The notes under the pieces are model-generated. The model searched no databases and was not told where the DNA came from. It saw only the letters and a program-made list of their open reading frames with translations. From Camelus ferus (Eukaryota): DNA of 64,000 bases. Both the position numbers and the translations under genes were made by a program. The stretch spans positions 43,154,001 through 43,218,000 of the forward strand of contig NC_045696.1 in assembly GCF_009834535.1 (NCBI RefSeq), written 5' to 3'. Positions within the stretch are counted from its first letter, which is position 1, and every line of letters starts with the position of its first letter. Below, one piece after another: positions 1 to 12,275 of the stretch.

Positions 1-890
1 AAGCATATCAACCTAGCCTCCAAGAAATCACAAGCAACATGCTATCTCTAAAGAAAGTCTGAAAGTTCATAAAAGAATCTGTAAGACAACAGGGGCCTTA
101 AAGTGAACTAGTGTATTTGGGACAAAATAAAAGAGAAAAACATTATAGTGATGAAAGTCATTAAAGCAATGAAAATAGAAAAAAAGAGTGGGAACAAAAC
201 AAACGGCATGGGAGAGGCTAGGCTTACCTAAATCACAGAGGATGAAATGGTAAAGAACAGTCATTACAAAGTAATTATAAAGAAGATGATGTGTATGGAA
301 GACAGACAAAAGTGATGTCACCAACCTTGGCTGATTCTGAAGAAAACAAAAAGAACAGGGGGAAAAAATCCCAAATAGAATAGAATAAAACTTTTCTGAA
401 AGGAAAAAAGAGTGGACTTATGTACAGAAAGGGCACAGAGTATGCGAGAATAAAATAATGCAGAATGATTAACCTAAGCACATGTCAGGACAAATTTACT
501 GTATTTTTAGGATGAATAAAAAGTTATATTTACAGCAAAAAAGGAGCCATGGAGAAGGAAAACTCAAGATGACCTCAGGCTTCACCACATCAATGCAGAA
601 GAAGGTGGAGTGCTCCCTGCCAAGGTCTGACGAAGATGTGTTTCAAGAATTGTATTCCAAGTAGTTTTTCAAGTATAAAGCAAAAAATAAATACGTATAT
701 TTTCCTATATGCAAAAAAACCCAGGGAATAGAGTACTAGTGATTCTCTCCTGGGAAACTGCCAAAAAATATAACAGAGTGAATAGACACATCAAAAGAAG
801 CAATTTAGTAATAGAGATGTGATAAAATGGCTGATGGTGATCACTAAATTTATTTAAATACCAAACTAAAACTGATCAATCATGCCAATC
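1..890 (+). mobile_element. Ancient L1 ORF1-like / HAL1-type fragment
   Basis: A-rich degenerate ORF1-like tract. Boundaries approximate; subfamily from recall. Confidence 0.45.
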
Positions 891-899
891 ATGGTAGAT

Positions 900-3124
900 G
901 TTTGAAATGAGTGTATTTTAGACACCAAGAGGCCATTTGGCATCTGAAAATTCACCTTCTGTTAGGCAGCCCGACTTCCCACACACTTTAATTACAGGAG
1001 TCTCCAGCACCATTATTTCTATTGACAGAAATGGGTGGACGCCACTCAGTTTTCTCTGAAACCACCCTGGCATCAGAGAAAATACTGCTAGTGAGATTGT
1101 TAATTAAACAAGGGGGCCGTGGGACCGAGGAGGCGCTGATGTCTTGGGAGCCTAGGTCAGCAAACGAGAACCTGAGCCAGAGTCAGTTCCTCTAAATGCA
1201 CTCTTATATCCCACAAAGTGAAATTTAAGAACCATCAATACAAACAGCTAACCAGGCTTTCCCAAACGAGGCAACCACTTAAGCTACAGCCAATCAAATA
1301 ATGTCTTCACTTTATGTCTGCTCTATAAATGCCTCTCCCCTCCCTCCTGTCAACAGAGTGTTCCTAACCACTCCCGGTTTGACACTGCCCAATTGGAATT
1401 GATGTTTGTCTAAATAAAGTCTTAAAAATTTTAATGTGCCTCAGTTTCTCTTTTTAACAGAGGTAATGGGGCTTCACCCCACAGAGCTGCATAAAACTGA
1501 ACATGTACAGCACTTTTGGGGAGCCCTAGAGTTACAGGAAAACAATTTTATCCAGCTTCTTCTTTGGCTTTGGTAAGTGGTTTAACTGACTGTATGGCCA
1601 CTGTCATCTTAATGATGTATGGGTTTTTAATGGAACCTGTAATTTTCATTGAATATACAGTTCAGTTGTCTGACATCTAAAAAAAAGATCAAAATTTTAA
1701 TTCCCATATGAATAATAACTAGCAAGGATTCGATTTGGAAAAAATGCAAATTCACGGACAGATGAGACATTCTCGAGGCTGGTAACTACGAATAACAGAG
1801 CAGCCAGAAATGAAATCATGATATCTTTACATGAGAATGGGCCCAGGATATTGCCGTAGTCATTTCCATATTACTGGATCCCTTATGATGTATGACAGCA
1901 CAACACACTGGCTCTTATCCTTTGGTGTACTATTGTGTCTAGAGGTACTGGCCTTATTTATTACTGGAAGGTAGATTGCATTTTGGACCACTCCCTGCCT
2001 GCAATGGCCAAAGTTATGCCCTTACAGAAATGGTTCTCATTCTGTTTACAGCTCGGTTTCTCCTAGACAATGGAGCCATTGAATTATCCATCATTGGATG
2101 TTTTACTTGGTATGCAGATTATCATGAAATACATTTAAAATCTGGTTTAGTCCCAAAGGAGGCACATATTTTGAATGTAAAAGTAGCCTACTACTTTCCC
2201 CATTAGCTGCAATCAGAACAAAGGGAGACTCCTTAAGTCTGGGCTCCAGAATCTCACTAACTCTTAAATTATAACAGTATGTTTCAAATATCAAAATGAT
2301 CCTGTAACCAACATATTCCCTAAACCATCAGTAACTATAGCAGTGTTCCCCTTGATTTTTTTATACTGAGAAATGGAATGAAAAGGCCCCAGGATACTTT
2401 TATTATTGGACATTCCTTTGCTTGGAACCATTAAGATTATTATTGCATAAAGCCAATGCGTTGATGATTGGAGTGACAGAAGCATCTTACTTATATCTTA
2501 GTGAAAGAATGAAGGGGCCTAGGAAATTTAACCAGTTATGATAATACAATGGATGGGGAAACAAAAGGTTCTTTCAGAACTAAAGAAAAATTAATTCAAA
2601 CCCTGTTCTTTACACCTATTATTAAAGTCATGAAAGTCCATCTAAATATCTTTGTGAGGATGTAAAAAGAGAAGCCAAAATGGAAAATGTAATAAAACCA
2701 AAGGATAGAAATCACAAACCAGAAAAAAATCACCATACAATATGGTCTGAAGTTTTCTAGTAAAATTGGTTTGGAGCAGCTACATAAACCAATTTGGTTC
2801 ATTGACTTTTTGATGGTGTACATTTTGTCCTTTCAGATCTTGTACTGAACATAATATATCACTATATATGGAATGGATATAGTTTTTATTAGAGACAGAG
2901 AGAAAAAGCTGGGTTTCATTAGATCGTATCAAGCTGAAAAACTGTGGCCTTCAGAAAAAAAAATTGGGTCTCCATGCCAGAGAAAAGAAATATTCTGTTG
3001 AAATGTTGACTTGCAGAATTTTTATCAGAGCACATATTTAATAAATAAGCATCCCTGTATGTAATTTTTGTAAAGTCATCACTTTTGTCAGCTAAAATTG
3101 ATTGATCTTTGATTTGAGCTGTTG
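900..3124 (-). pseudogene. Large 3' exon relic resembling the HMGXB3 C-terminal CxC4 + SAP-like + KDZ transposase core, interrupted by a solo LTR
   Basis: Acceptor gttacgttttcag before 3124. Collinear motifs: VFQL..NETQL (2942-2906), LCSCSKPIL (2787-2761), FHDFNNRCKEQGL (2635-2597), HCYSY*WF (2345-2322), CYNLRVSEILEP (2276-2241), RECLI..SKSNPC*LLFIWE (1775-1701), KITGS (1646-1632), SVKPLTKAKEEA-D (1589-1550), QGGFR (1069-1055), TEWRPPISV (1050-1024). Confidence 0.68.
1098..1459 (+). mobile_element. Solo LTR (endogenous retrovirus)
   Basis: TG...CA ends, CCAAT box (cagccaatca), TATA-like ctataaat, AATAAA near 1412; flanking 5-bp duplication gagat/gaggt. Confidence 0.85.
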
Positions 3125-4324
3125 CTGAAAACGTAACTATACATTGTATATCAAGCATTTGAATGTTTACTATTTGAATTTTTTAATTATTTGAATTTTT
3201 TAAAGAAAAATCTTGAAAATCCAAACTTAGCCTTAAGTACATATTTCAAACAAGATTTACCTTACACTTCATGTTTTACATAATTAATCACTTGAAATAA
3301 AGGACATGCAAATTTTATAACACATACACCCATCACAATAAGCCTACTCTTAATCAAATCCTTTGTAGCTAATTTTCAACAGGAAGCAAGATTACCCTTA
3401 CAAGATGCAGGAAATTGTGAAAATGATAAGACTGTTTTATCCATTAAGTAAATCACAAATTCTGTCACTTCTCCTAACTGAAGCCCAATAGCAAATGCTC
3501 TTAACGAGAAGAAGTAACAACCCACCATTTCAGACAACTAAATCACTAAATAGATGGAATGATTAGCTTTAAGTCTCATATCAGTTACATAGCTGAAAGA
3601 TACGTGAAAAGGGAACGGGCTGGCATACAATGTTCAAATACTTCAGGAAAAACAACAATTTTATAAGTTTGCAATTAACTTAAATTTCTGTGCAGTACAA
3701 AGATGTAAATAGATGTTCTATTTCTTAACCACTGCTATTTACTGTCACTCAAACTGTATTGTAATTTCACTTTAAATAGATATATAGTTGTCACTACTAT
3801 CCAACTGTAACAGGAACATGAAATTAGGTTGACATATGTGTGAAATTAATGTAATAAAACAATTTCTGCTTTACTTTTGATACTTATGATATCCCCCCTC
3901 TGGAGACAATGTCTGGTTTTCCTTGACCATGTAAATACCCCAGACTAAATATTTAACCAACTTTGAAACACATTGTCTGATTCAAAACAACACAGTGAGA
4001 AGAAAACTAGGGAAATAGAAATATGTCAGAACACTGTTTAAAAATCACAAGGGAGAAAGGAAAACTCCAGCCCTCCCAGGTAACATTGCCTATTTTGTTT
4101 TAAACAGCCACTAAAACAACAGCTTAATAATAATGTTAACCCAGAAAATCAAAAAGAGGGAGAGGACAAAAACCATCCCCGTTGTAGGTGCCAGTGAACC
4201 CATTCGACAAAAGAACACCACAGGCTACTGTGCCCAAGAGCACATCAAATAGAAAAGGAAAGTGCACATGGGTGAAGAACTCACACAGCTCATTACTGAA
4301 GACGAAATACCAATAGGTAGTACG

Positions 4325-4752
4325 TGAGGTTATTAGAAATGCCGCAGCAAAGTACCACAAGAAGAGGGGTCTAGAGCAACAGAAAACTAATGTCTCATAG
4401 TTCTGGAGGCTAACATTCCTTCTGCGGACTGGGAGGGAGAGATCTGTTCCATGCCTCTCTCCTGGCATGACGACAGTCTTCTGTTCTTGGCTTTTACTCC
4501 CTCACTCTGATCTCTGCCTTCATCTGCATCTTGAGTGCTCCCTGTCTGTGTGTCTGTATTCAAATCCCCTGTTTGTCTAAGGACACCAGTTGTTTATTTT
4601 TAGATTAGGGTCCCACCCTACTCCAGTCAGTATGACCTCATCCTAACCTAAGTACATAGCGATGGCCCTATTTCCAAATAAGATCACATTAGGAGGTTTG
4701 GGGGGATTAGAATTTTACCATATGAATTGGTGGGAAAACAATGCAAACCACA
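4325..4752 (-). mobile_element. MaLR LTR (MLT1-type)
   Basis: Typical motifs aaagtaccacaa..., ctcatagttctggaggct, ggattagggtcccaccctactccag, ccctatttccaaataagatcacatt. Confidence 0.8.
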
Positions 4753-5074
4753 AGAGGTTTAAAGCACATAAATATATATTATATTTTGCGTGTTTAAAAA
4801 AAGTCAAATTAACAATATGATACTTAAATATGTCATTCAGTAGTGGAGGAGGGACTCTATCAATATGTACAAATGTCTTCAAATACTGCATTTGGTCCCA
4901 TCATTTAACATATGTAAATGTCCTCAAAATTATTTTTAAAGTAGTTATATAGTTTATAGAAAGATATTCATCAAATTTTTTTATAAAATATTGGAAAAAT
5001 AACTTTAGCAATTAATGAAACAAATTGGTTGATATGCATAAAATATAATATCCAGGCATTAAATAATTGTAGCT

Positions 5075-5335
5075 TAGTTTTGTATAGCACCAAGCATCAC
5101 AAAATTATCTAAGCATTTTATGTATATTAACACAGAATCCTCACAAGGCCCTTTATTTCTACTCGAATTACTATGAATAGTAATAAAGCTACTATTATCT
5201 CTGCTTTAGTTTTTGTAAAGTTTAGATGTAAAAAAATTTAAGTAACATATCTAAGGTCATCCAGTTTTGTAAGTAGCAGAGTTGGGCTTAAAACCCAGGC
5301 AGTCTGGTCCCACAATTCCTTTTCTTAACTACTTT
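5075..5335 (-). mobile_element. MIR SINE
   Basis: ttaagtaac...tctaaggtcatccag...gtaagtagcagagttggg...aacccaggcagtctgg. Confidence 0.7.
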
Positions 5336-5748
5336 GCTTCTCTTTTCTAAATTGATACTAAAATATGCATGATTCCAGGCTGTATAAATGAAACAAAATA
5401 TAAAACAACATTCAATTCACATTGAAAAACAAGTCAAGGAGATAACATGCCAAGGTATTAACAATCGTTGCCTTGCAGTTGTGTGATTAGCAGTGATTTT
5501 TACTGTTATTTATACTTTTGTATTATTCCTACTGTTTCTTAAATTTTCAAATCAAACAGCAATAAAAATATTTAATAGGTGTTCATATGCATTTTTGACA
5601 TATATTTACTGGATTGAATGTAACATTAAGTAAGATATGTGGTAATTTGAATTTTTATTTCGTTCTACTTAAGCTCTTATTTAATTCAAGCTTTAGGCAG
5701 CTAGATACACTAACAAAATATAAATAGATTCTGTTTTATGTAATTAAC

Positions 5749-6019
5749 CCAGGGTCAGCATCTATTAGAGCTTAGTTTGCATAGCAACTTTGCACAACTA
5801 TGGAATACTTCAGGTACTTCATGTGATGTATTTGCATATGTGGTCCTGTGTCCTTGACAGAGGAGCATATGCCAAAGGAATTTCAGCCTGTTGCCAGGCT
5901 CTCTGGATACTTGATTTTGGTTACTACCACACAGAATCATATTCACTAAAACATCAGTGGAGGGGTGGACTGGAGAGTTGTAGCACAGACCAATAAGCAG
6001 TCAGCTTAAGCACACTTAA
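5749..6019 (-). pseudogene. Exon relic with HMGXB3-like Cys knuckle
   Basis: Acceptor ccttttattctag. YANTSHEVPEVFHSCAKLL (5838-5782) resembles HMGXB3 YTNRHKPRICPSCGVNL as recalled. Donor (gttaat) is weak. Confidence 0.45.
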
Positions 6020-6324
6020 CTAGAATAAAAGGCAATCCAAGGAAAAGCAGAATTATGTGAAATGGAGCAGAGTAAGGAATCATGACTGTCTCCTTTCTCC
6101 ATTTTCACATTGTGCTCCCCAGCATAAGTGTATATTATACGTAATTGCTGAGTGTTAAGAGTGGTAGAGGGAGGAAGTAGTCAAATTGATTTTTAAGCAA
6201 TCATCTTTGGGGCCTTATACTGACTACAAAGACAAAATATGATACTATCTGGTCCCAATATACATGGCACACAGCCAGTTCTATCGCTCAAAACCAGACA
6301 TTTAAAAAATTATTACTTCATTCA

Positions 6325-6825
6325 TTTTAACAATATTCATTCTTCCAATCCAAGAACATGGTATGTATCTTTCTGTCTGGGTCATCCTCAATTTCTTTCA
6401 TCAGCGTTTTATAGTTTTCTGAGCACAGATCTTTTACCTCCTTAGGTAGGTTTATTCCTAGGTATTTTATTCTTTCTGATGTGATGATAAATGAGATTGT
6501 TTCCTTAATTTCACTTTCCGATAATTCATGGTTAGAGTATTGAAATGCAACAGATTTCTGTATATTAATCTTGAATCCCACAACTTAGGATTCTATTTTG
6601 CATCCTGCAACTATTAGGTACAAAAGAAGCTACAAGGATATATTGTACAACACAAGGAATATAGCCAGTATTTTACAGTAACTATAAATGGAGTAAAATC
6701 TTTTAAAAATTGTGAATCACTTATATTGTACACCTGTAAATTATATACCATTGTATATCAACTAGACTTCAATAAAAAAATTATTTAATTATAATTTAAA
6801 AAGCAGCTGGGAGTTTTAAGATTTT
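6325..6825. mobile_element. 5'-inverted truncated L1 (ORF2 piece on minus strand, 3' UTR on plus strand)
   Basis: Minus ORF 6327..6581 is L1 ORF2 (KINIQKSVAF...IKYLGINL). A plus-strand L1 3' end runs about 6612-6780. Flanking 19-bp repeat aaaa(t/g)tattacttcattca at 6306-6324 and 6826-6844. Confidence 0.8.
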
Positions 6826-8725
6826 AAAAGTATTACTTCATTCAACATTATTCTTCATTCAACATCATGGCACAGGAATATGATATACTGCAGTGTAACA
6901 GAGGCTTACATCCCTAAAATAATTTGGAAAGACTTGAGAGAAGTCCCTAAACCTTGACAAAAATTCCAAGAAAATGCAGTTAGCAATATTTCTGAGAACG
7001 TAAAGTCAGAGTTAGATCCCTCACAAAGTGGGTAATTTGAGTGCCAATATTTTGTCAAGATAACACTTTCTGGTTCAATTATTTAAAAAGTCAAAATTCC
7101 CCCTATAAACTAGAAGAAAATTAGAAGAGTTTTGTTGATGAGGAAGAACATATGAAGATAGTGTTGTCTATACAGGAGAAGGTAAAATGTCAGGGGGCAC
7201 AGCTTTGTTATAGTTTCTAAAGATTAGACCTTTAAGATGTCCTCCCTGCAAAATGTTCAGGGCTAGTCTTACAGGAAATTTTGAGTTTGGTCAAGTTCAT
7301 CTTTATTTTACTATGCTTTTCAATTATATATCTTTTACCCTTTTATCAAATCCAGTTTAATCATCACTCAACCCACCTTAAAATCTAAAAAACATTCAAT
7401 ATCAACTACTCACACTACTATGGATTTAAATCAGTGTTGTTTTTTATTTTCTTTTACGACGTGTTTACCTTTTATATTAAATCAAAGAGAAACTTCCCTT
7501 TTAAATAAGTTTTGGACACAATTGAGAAGATAAAATTTTAAGTTTTGGCATGAATCTCTTCCTGGTACTAAAATTATCTCAACAATGGTTCTGCCCTCTA
7601 TCTACACATAAAACTAGCCTTGAGTTGGAGGATTCAAACAAGATCAACTTTGTCAGTACCATCTGGGCTCACATTATTAGAATAGGTTGATCAGGTCAGC
7701 TCTCATTTTAATATGGAAAAAATTAATTATAATCTAAGGCATATCATTTTAATTTAGTATACCAAAGATGTTAGTAAGGCCAAAGGTATTAGGAAAGTTT
7801 CCTGGTTCATATATATGCACATATATATGCAGAATGTCAATTCATTGTTTATAAGGCAAAACAAGAATCAGATTTTTTTTCCCTACACTTGCATTCAGTT
7901 TCTTTAATTTAGCATCAGCATTTCCTTCAAATGTCAATAATTAGTCACATGCAAAATATGGTATATATTACAACTAGCTGTCACTTGTGAAAACTTCTTG
8001 TTCACTATGGCTTAGACATGACATAAAACATAAACAACCTTCCAGTGTCATGTCACACTTCAGATGTCAACTTTGGAGCCAATTAACTTTGGAAGAATGT
8101 GTAAAAGAAAAAAAACAACAACAGTCTGATTCTAGGAAGTTAAAAAAGCAACACACATAGAGAGGAGACTGGGGACTGTGCCAGATTCTGACTGATGCCC
8201 TATGTCCCTCTTCTCCCTGACTTATTAGCCACTTTGTGACCATTTGACTTTGCCCTCAAGTCTCAATTCTGATAATTGAGTTTTTGCTGTTTTTTCTATT
8301 CTAGAATCTTCCCTTGGTTACCTGATGACTGTAATCAGCCTTATTTGCCCAAGTTTCTGGGACTTTATGTCCACCCTCCTTTCTCCCACAAAGTTGTCTA
8401 CATAGATCTATCACTGTGCTGACAATGCTGGAAATTCTTCTTCATCTTTTGTTAATATTTATTAATTGCCTGTTGTGTGGCACAGAATGTTGTGTATGAC
8501 TAGAGATGCAGAGATACAACACTCACTCACCTCAAGGAGTTCTGTCTAAAATAGAAAGTTATACTCTCTGTAGGTGTATCCTTGTTTTAAGGGAAGAAAC
8601 CCAGAGAACCATGAGGTGAGGGGCACGTCAGTTAGACTGGCTCGGGACAGGGCTATAAATAGATGTGAAGCCTTGTTAAGGAAGTGTTCCTAGAAAAGCT
8701 GATGTTTGAGCTGATCATTGCCCGG

Positions 8726-9262
8726 TGTTATGACTTGACTTTGTTAAAGTAACATTTGTTAAGTGCACCACAGGGTATCCATGGTGAGTCTGGATTCAAC
8801 AAAGACCACAAGAGAAATTGAAACAGATGTTTCCTGCGGGGAGTACATGGGATGCCCTGAGGAACCACATAGGCTGGTCAGGCAGGGGGCAGGTAGAGAG
8901 AGTCAAGAGGCCTGGAGTACATATCTTTGCCAGGGTCCATGGATGGAGTGCTTTGGGGTGCCCCTGGCTAAGGATGGATCAGTCGATTCAAAGCAGAAAA
9001 AGCGGTGATTTTGAAAATTCCTTATCTGAGGGATGTACAAGGGAAAGGCCCTGGGAGACGGAGGCGACTGATGATCGCAGGGGCTGTTGGGGAAGGTGGA
9101 TCAGGAACCTACAGTTGCTTGAGACTCTGTGAGCACTTATCTTGGTCATGTGCTTACGTGAGGAGGCTAGTGTCAGTTTCAAGCCCACACAGGCCACTTG
9201 GCCCAAGAAAATGGATGCCGAGGCAGCAATACCATGGTAGTAGCTTAGCTAAAATCTCAACA
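8726..9262. mobile_element. Solo LTR, probably ERVL class
   Basis: tgtt...aaca ends, 5-bp TSD cccgg/cccag, GC-richer than flanks; adjoins an L2-like fragment (about 8450-8720). Confidence 0.7.
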
Positions 9263-9985
9263 CCCAGACTCACTTTTTCTCCTGATCAGTACATCAGAAA
9301 GGCTACAGCTCTATTTTTTATTTAAAATCACCAATAAACTTACAAGAAAAAGGAGGAACTCTTATGAGTATGGTAGATTAGAGGAACAATGAACTGGGTA
9401 CTATGTATAAAGATCTTTTAGTTCAAATTCAGTCTTCCTTTTGATAAACTTTGTGACCAAGGACAAATTCATTCACATCTCCATGTTTAAGTTTTTATGC
9501 AGGGAATGCCAGAGATTTGGATGTTCTCTGAATTTTCAGGTTTCATGCGGTACCTCTCAGAGGTCTTCCCAGAAGGCTGATAACCCTTTTGTTAGTGGCA
9601 TTAGGTGGGAAATCTCATGAATAAGCTTTGGGTCTTCATGCCACATAACTTGTTTTCCCTGTAACTCAACAAGAAAAGATAAATATACCATCCACCAGCC
9701 GGCCTTTTCACTGCTTTTGATTGATAAGGAACAAGCTGACCTGGGACCTTTTTCACCAGAAACAGGGCTTTATAGGAGACTATGTCAGGACAGGTTTTTT
9801 TTTTTTTTTTTTTTTAAAAAAAAGAAAGAAAAAGAAAAATATATATATTTATGTGAAAAAGAGAACCACACCGTTATTTTACACTTTGTCTATCACTCAT
9901 TTTCAGAAACTTGTTCCACATGGATATTACCTTGTAATAGTATCTTAACAGAATTATAGAGAATATAGTAGGAATAAAAACTTAC

Positions 9986-10336
9986 TCAAAAGCCAAGAGC
10001 AGGAATGAAACCATGGAATATGTGGATTTGATCTTGAAAATTGTAATTTCATCACTGTGGTCATAGAAAGGACCTCAGTTCTAATAGCAGTTTTAGAGCT
10101 ATTTCAGAACACCTGGCACAAGAGCTGAGCAAACAGAGCAAGTCCACTTCAGACAAATGCTTTCAAATCTTTGGAAGCTGAAAAGTCAACTGTAAAGTCC
10201 TTATTGTGCATCAGGAAAGTTTCGGTGTCTTGCTGCATTCTAGCTGATGATGTATATCCAAAATGTGTTGACTTAGCAGGATTCACACCCAGAATTCTTA
10301 TTTTAGGTAATGTTTATTCACTTAACTAATTTGATG
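9986..10336 (-). pseudogene. Exon relic encoding an F-box-like motif
   Basis: Strong acceptor ctgactccttcttacag and donor gtaagt; 351 nt. KI*KHLSEVDLLCLLSSCARCSEIA (10171-10097) aligns without gaps to a generic F-box consensus. Confidence 0.62.
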
Positions 10337-11069
10337 CTGTAAGAAGGAGTCAGGAGGGAGATTCAAAGAGGTTTGTCATGGTGCTTAGGTTGCTGTAGAA
10401 TTAATATCTGTAAATTTCATTTCTACGAGATGTTCAACCAAGTGGGCCATGATATAAATGATCATAAAACAAAGATTGAATAATTGAAAAAATGTTTCTA
10501 GGAATTATGTGCTCTGGTGACAGTAAAAAAAAAATCAACTTCTATTCATAACTCAGAAGCTTTAAAGATTGGAAAATTGGATCTAATTATTGACATAAAA
10601 AGCAAGCTAAGGGCCTGCTGCCTTAAGAACTGAGAAGAGTCTGAGATTTCACTCCTTTGGACACTAACAATTTAGTCTGCTACTAAAGTAGTTTATAGAT
10701 GATGGCAGATGAGAATCCTGGGTCAGAGAAAAGAACTTAATTGTCATGCACAGCACGAGTTTCAACATTCATACCTGTTTTTCTCATTCCCCAGATCCCA
10801 CAAGGGCAACACAGAGCATCTCAAGTAGATGCTGTTCACACACTGGGTTGACAGCATGGTTGAGCAACCCTGAGTTAACTCCAATTTTTTTATATTGGGT
10901 TGTCAGCAGTCCAGTCCAATCTTTGCTTGCTCAAGAAAGGTACTATATTTTCCAAGGCCATTTGCGATACAAGCATCCTTAAAAAGATAGTTCAAAAATG
11001 ATCAGTGCTCTGCTCATAACACTGAGAAAGGTAGGAGACCTATGGAAAATTGTCTCCCCAAATGCTCAC

Positions 11070-11403
11070 ACCTCAGAAAATTTTAGTGCAGCAGATGTGC
11101 AATTGGTTAGTCTGTTTATCAAGTTATGGGCATATTGCAAAATGTTGAAATCTTATTCTTCAGTTTTCCTAACTACCCTTTTGCCCACTGGCTTGGTCTT
11201 TTGGCGCTTCATATAGTTGTCTTGCACACATGGCCATTACTCTGCTGATAAGCATTTTTTTATTATATTCTCGATGACCTAGGTGGCATTTTGTTGTGCA
11301 CTCAGTAGCATCTCTAATTGCTGTTAAGATTGCTATTTCTGAATATCTTATTACTCTGAATATCTTAATAGTTCTAGTTTTCAAGTTGGGAGTTGCTAAT
11401 GCC
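11070..11403 (-). pseudogene. Exon relic, BEN-like C-terminal half
   Basis: ILTAIRDA (11330-11307) and VMAMCAR (11240-11220) lie in ORF 11169..11492. Weak acceptor ttttataag; donor gtgagc. Confidence 0.42.
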
Positions 11404-12275
11404 CTTATAAAATGTGTGTGTGTGTTTAGCTTTATTAATTTAAGAAAAATAATGCAAATCAGGATGAGATTTGAATCCAAGTTTTTGGTCATCTTTTCAT
11501 CTTACTGAGAGACTTTTAATATAGCAAAAGCAGGGTGAGCCACTGTTAGAAAAGTCCACTCTAATTCCTCCCAGGTGTACAATGGCTGGGAAAGGACCCG
11601 AGCTCCAAAAGATTTGCGTCCAGCAAAGAGCACAGCAGAATCACAGTTACACTGAGCACGTAAAACACTTCAACTGCAAGGTGAAGGACTTGTGATGAAA
11701 GTGTTTTTTCTCTCTCTGGGTAGATTAAGGATGGCTTGCACAGCTGAGTTTCAGAACCAGCTTGAATCTAATACAAGGATGACAACAAAGCCTACAGTCA
11801 CATCTAAACATCCTGTGTTGAGTCCTCTGCTATTAATATTTATCTTACTCTCACTCTACTGATGTCAATGCTTAATTCACATTAGGAACAAACTACTGTT
11901 TTCATGCAAAGTTTCTAGATTTTGATTAGTACCAATTAAGATACTTAAAGAACTCAGACAATTATGATGAATCAATGAAATGGGTCAGCAGAAAAGGAAG
12001 TTCACACATTATTCAGTGTTAGAGGGACAGGAAGGAATAGTGGAGACTTGGAAAGTACACAGTCTCTGAAGAAGAGCATCTGTTACCTAGACTCAATCAG
12101 TTGTGAGAATGTGGCATGTTGACATGTATCCAATTTTTTCAACAGAAAATTCAAAATTGTAAACTCTTTCCCTTTTTTTAGGTTAGCTTGTGAGCTGCCA
12201 GTCTTAGGCCCTTGTTTTTGATAGGAAATAGGTGCTATGAAATCCTTTCATTTACTAATGAGCTACTAAATTAAC

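Noticed and set aside
1460..3100. Plus-strand reading as a membrane-protein retrocopy or a bornavirus-like insertion (e.g. ORF 1976..2206)
   Set aside because: No collinear match to any protein I could recall on the plus strand; the minus strand gives an ordered motif series.
900..3124. Processed pseudogene of HMGXB3 itself
   Set aside because: Similarity is motif-level only, and upstream blocks are separated by introns and encode domains HMGXB3 lacks.
5780..5890. LKFLWHM... read as the KDZ K-x5-ES-x-RD motif
   Set aside because: It would be out of order relative to the 3.1-1.0 kb block, which has its own candidate for that motif.
9795..9850. T21 directly followed by an A-rich tract (possible hairpin or terminator)
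   Set aside because: Simple homopolymer expansion with no associated element or TSD visible.
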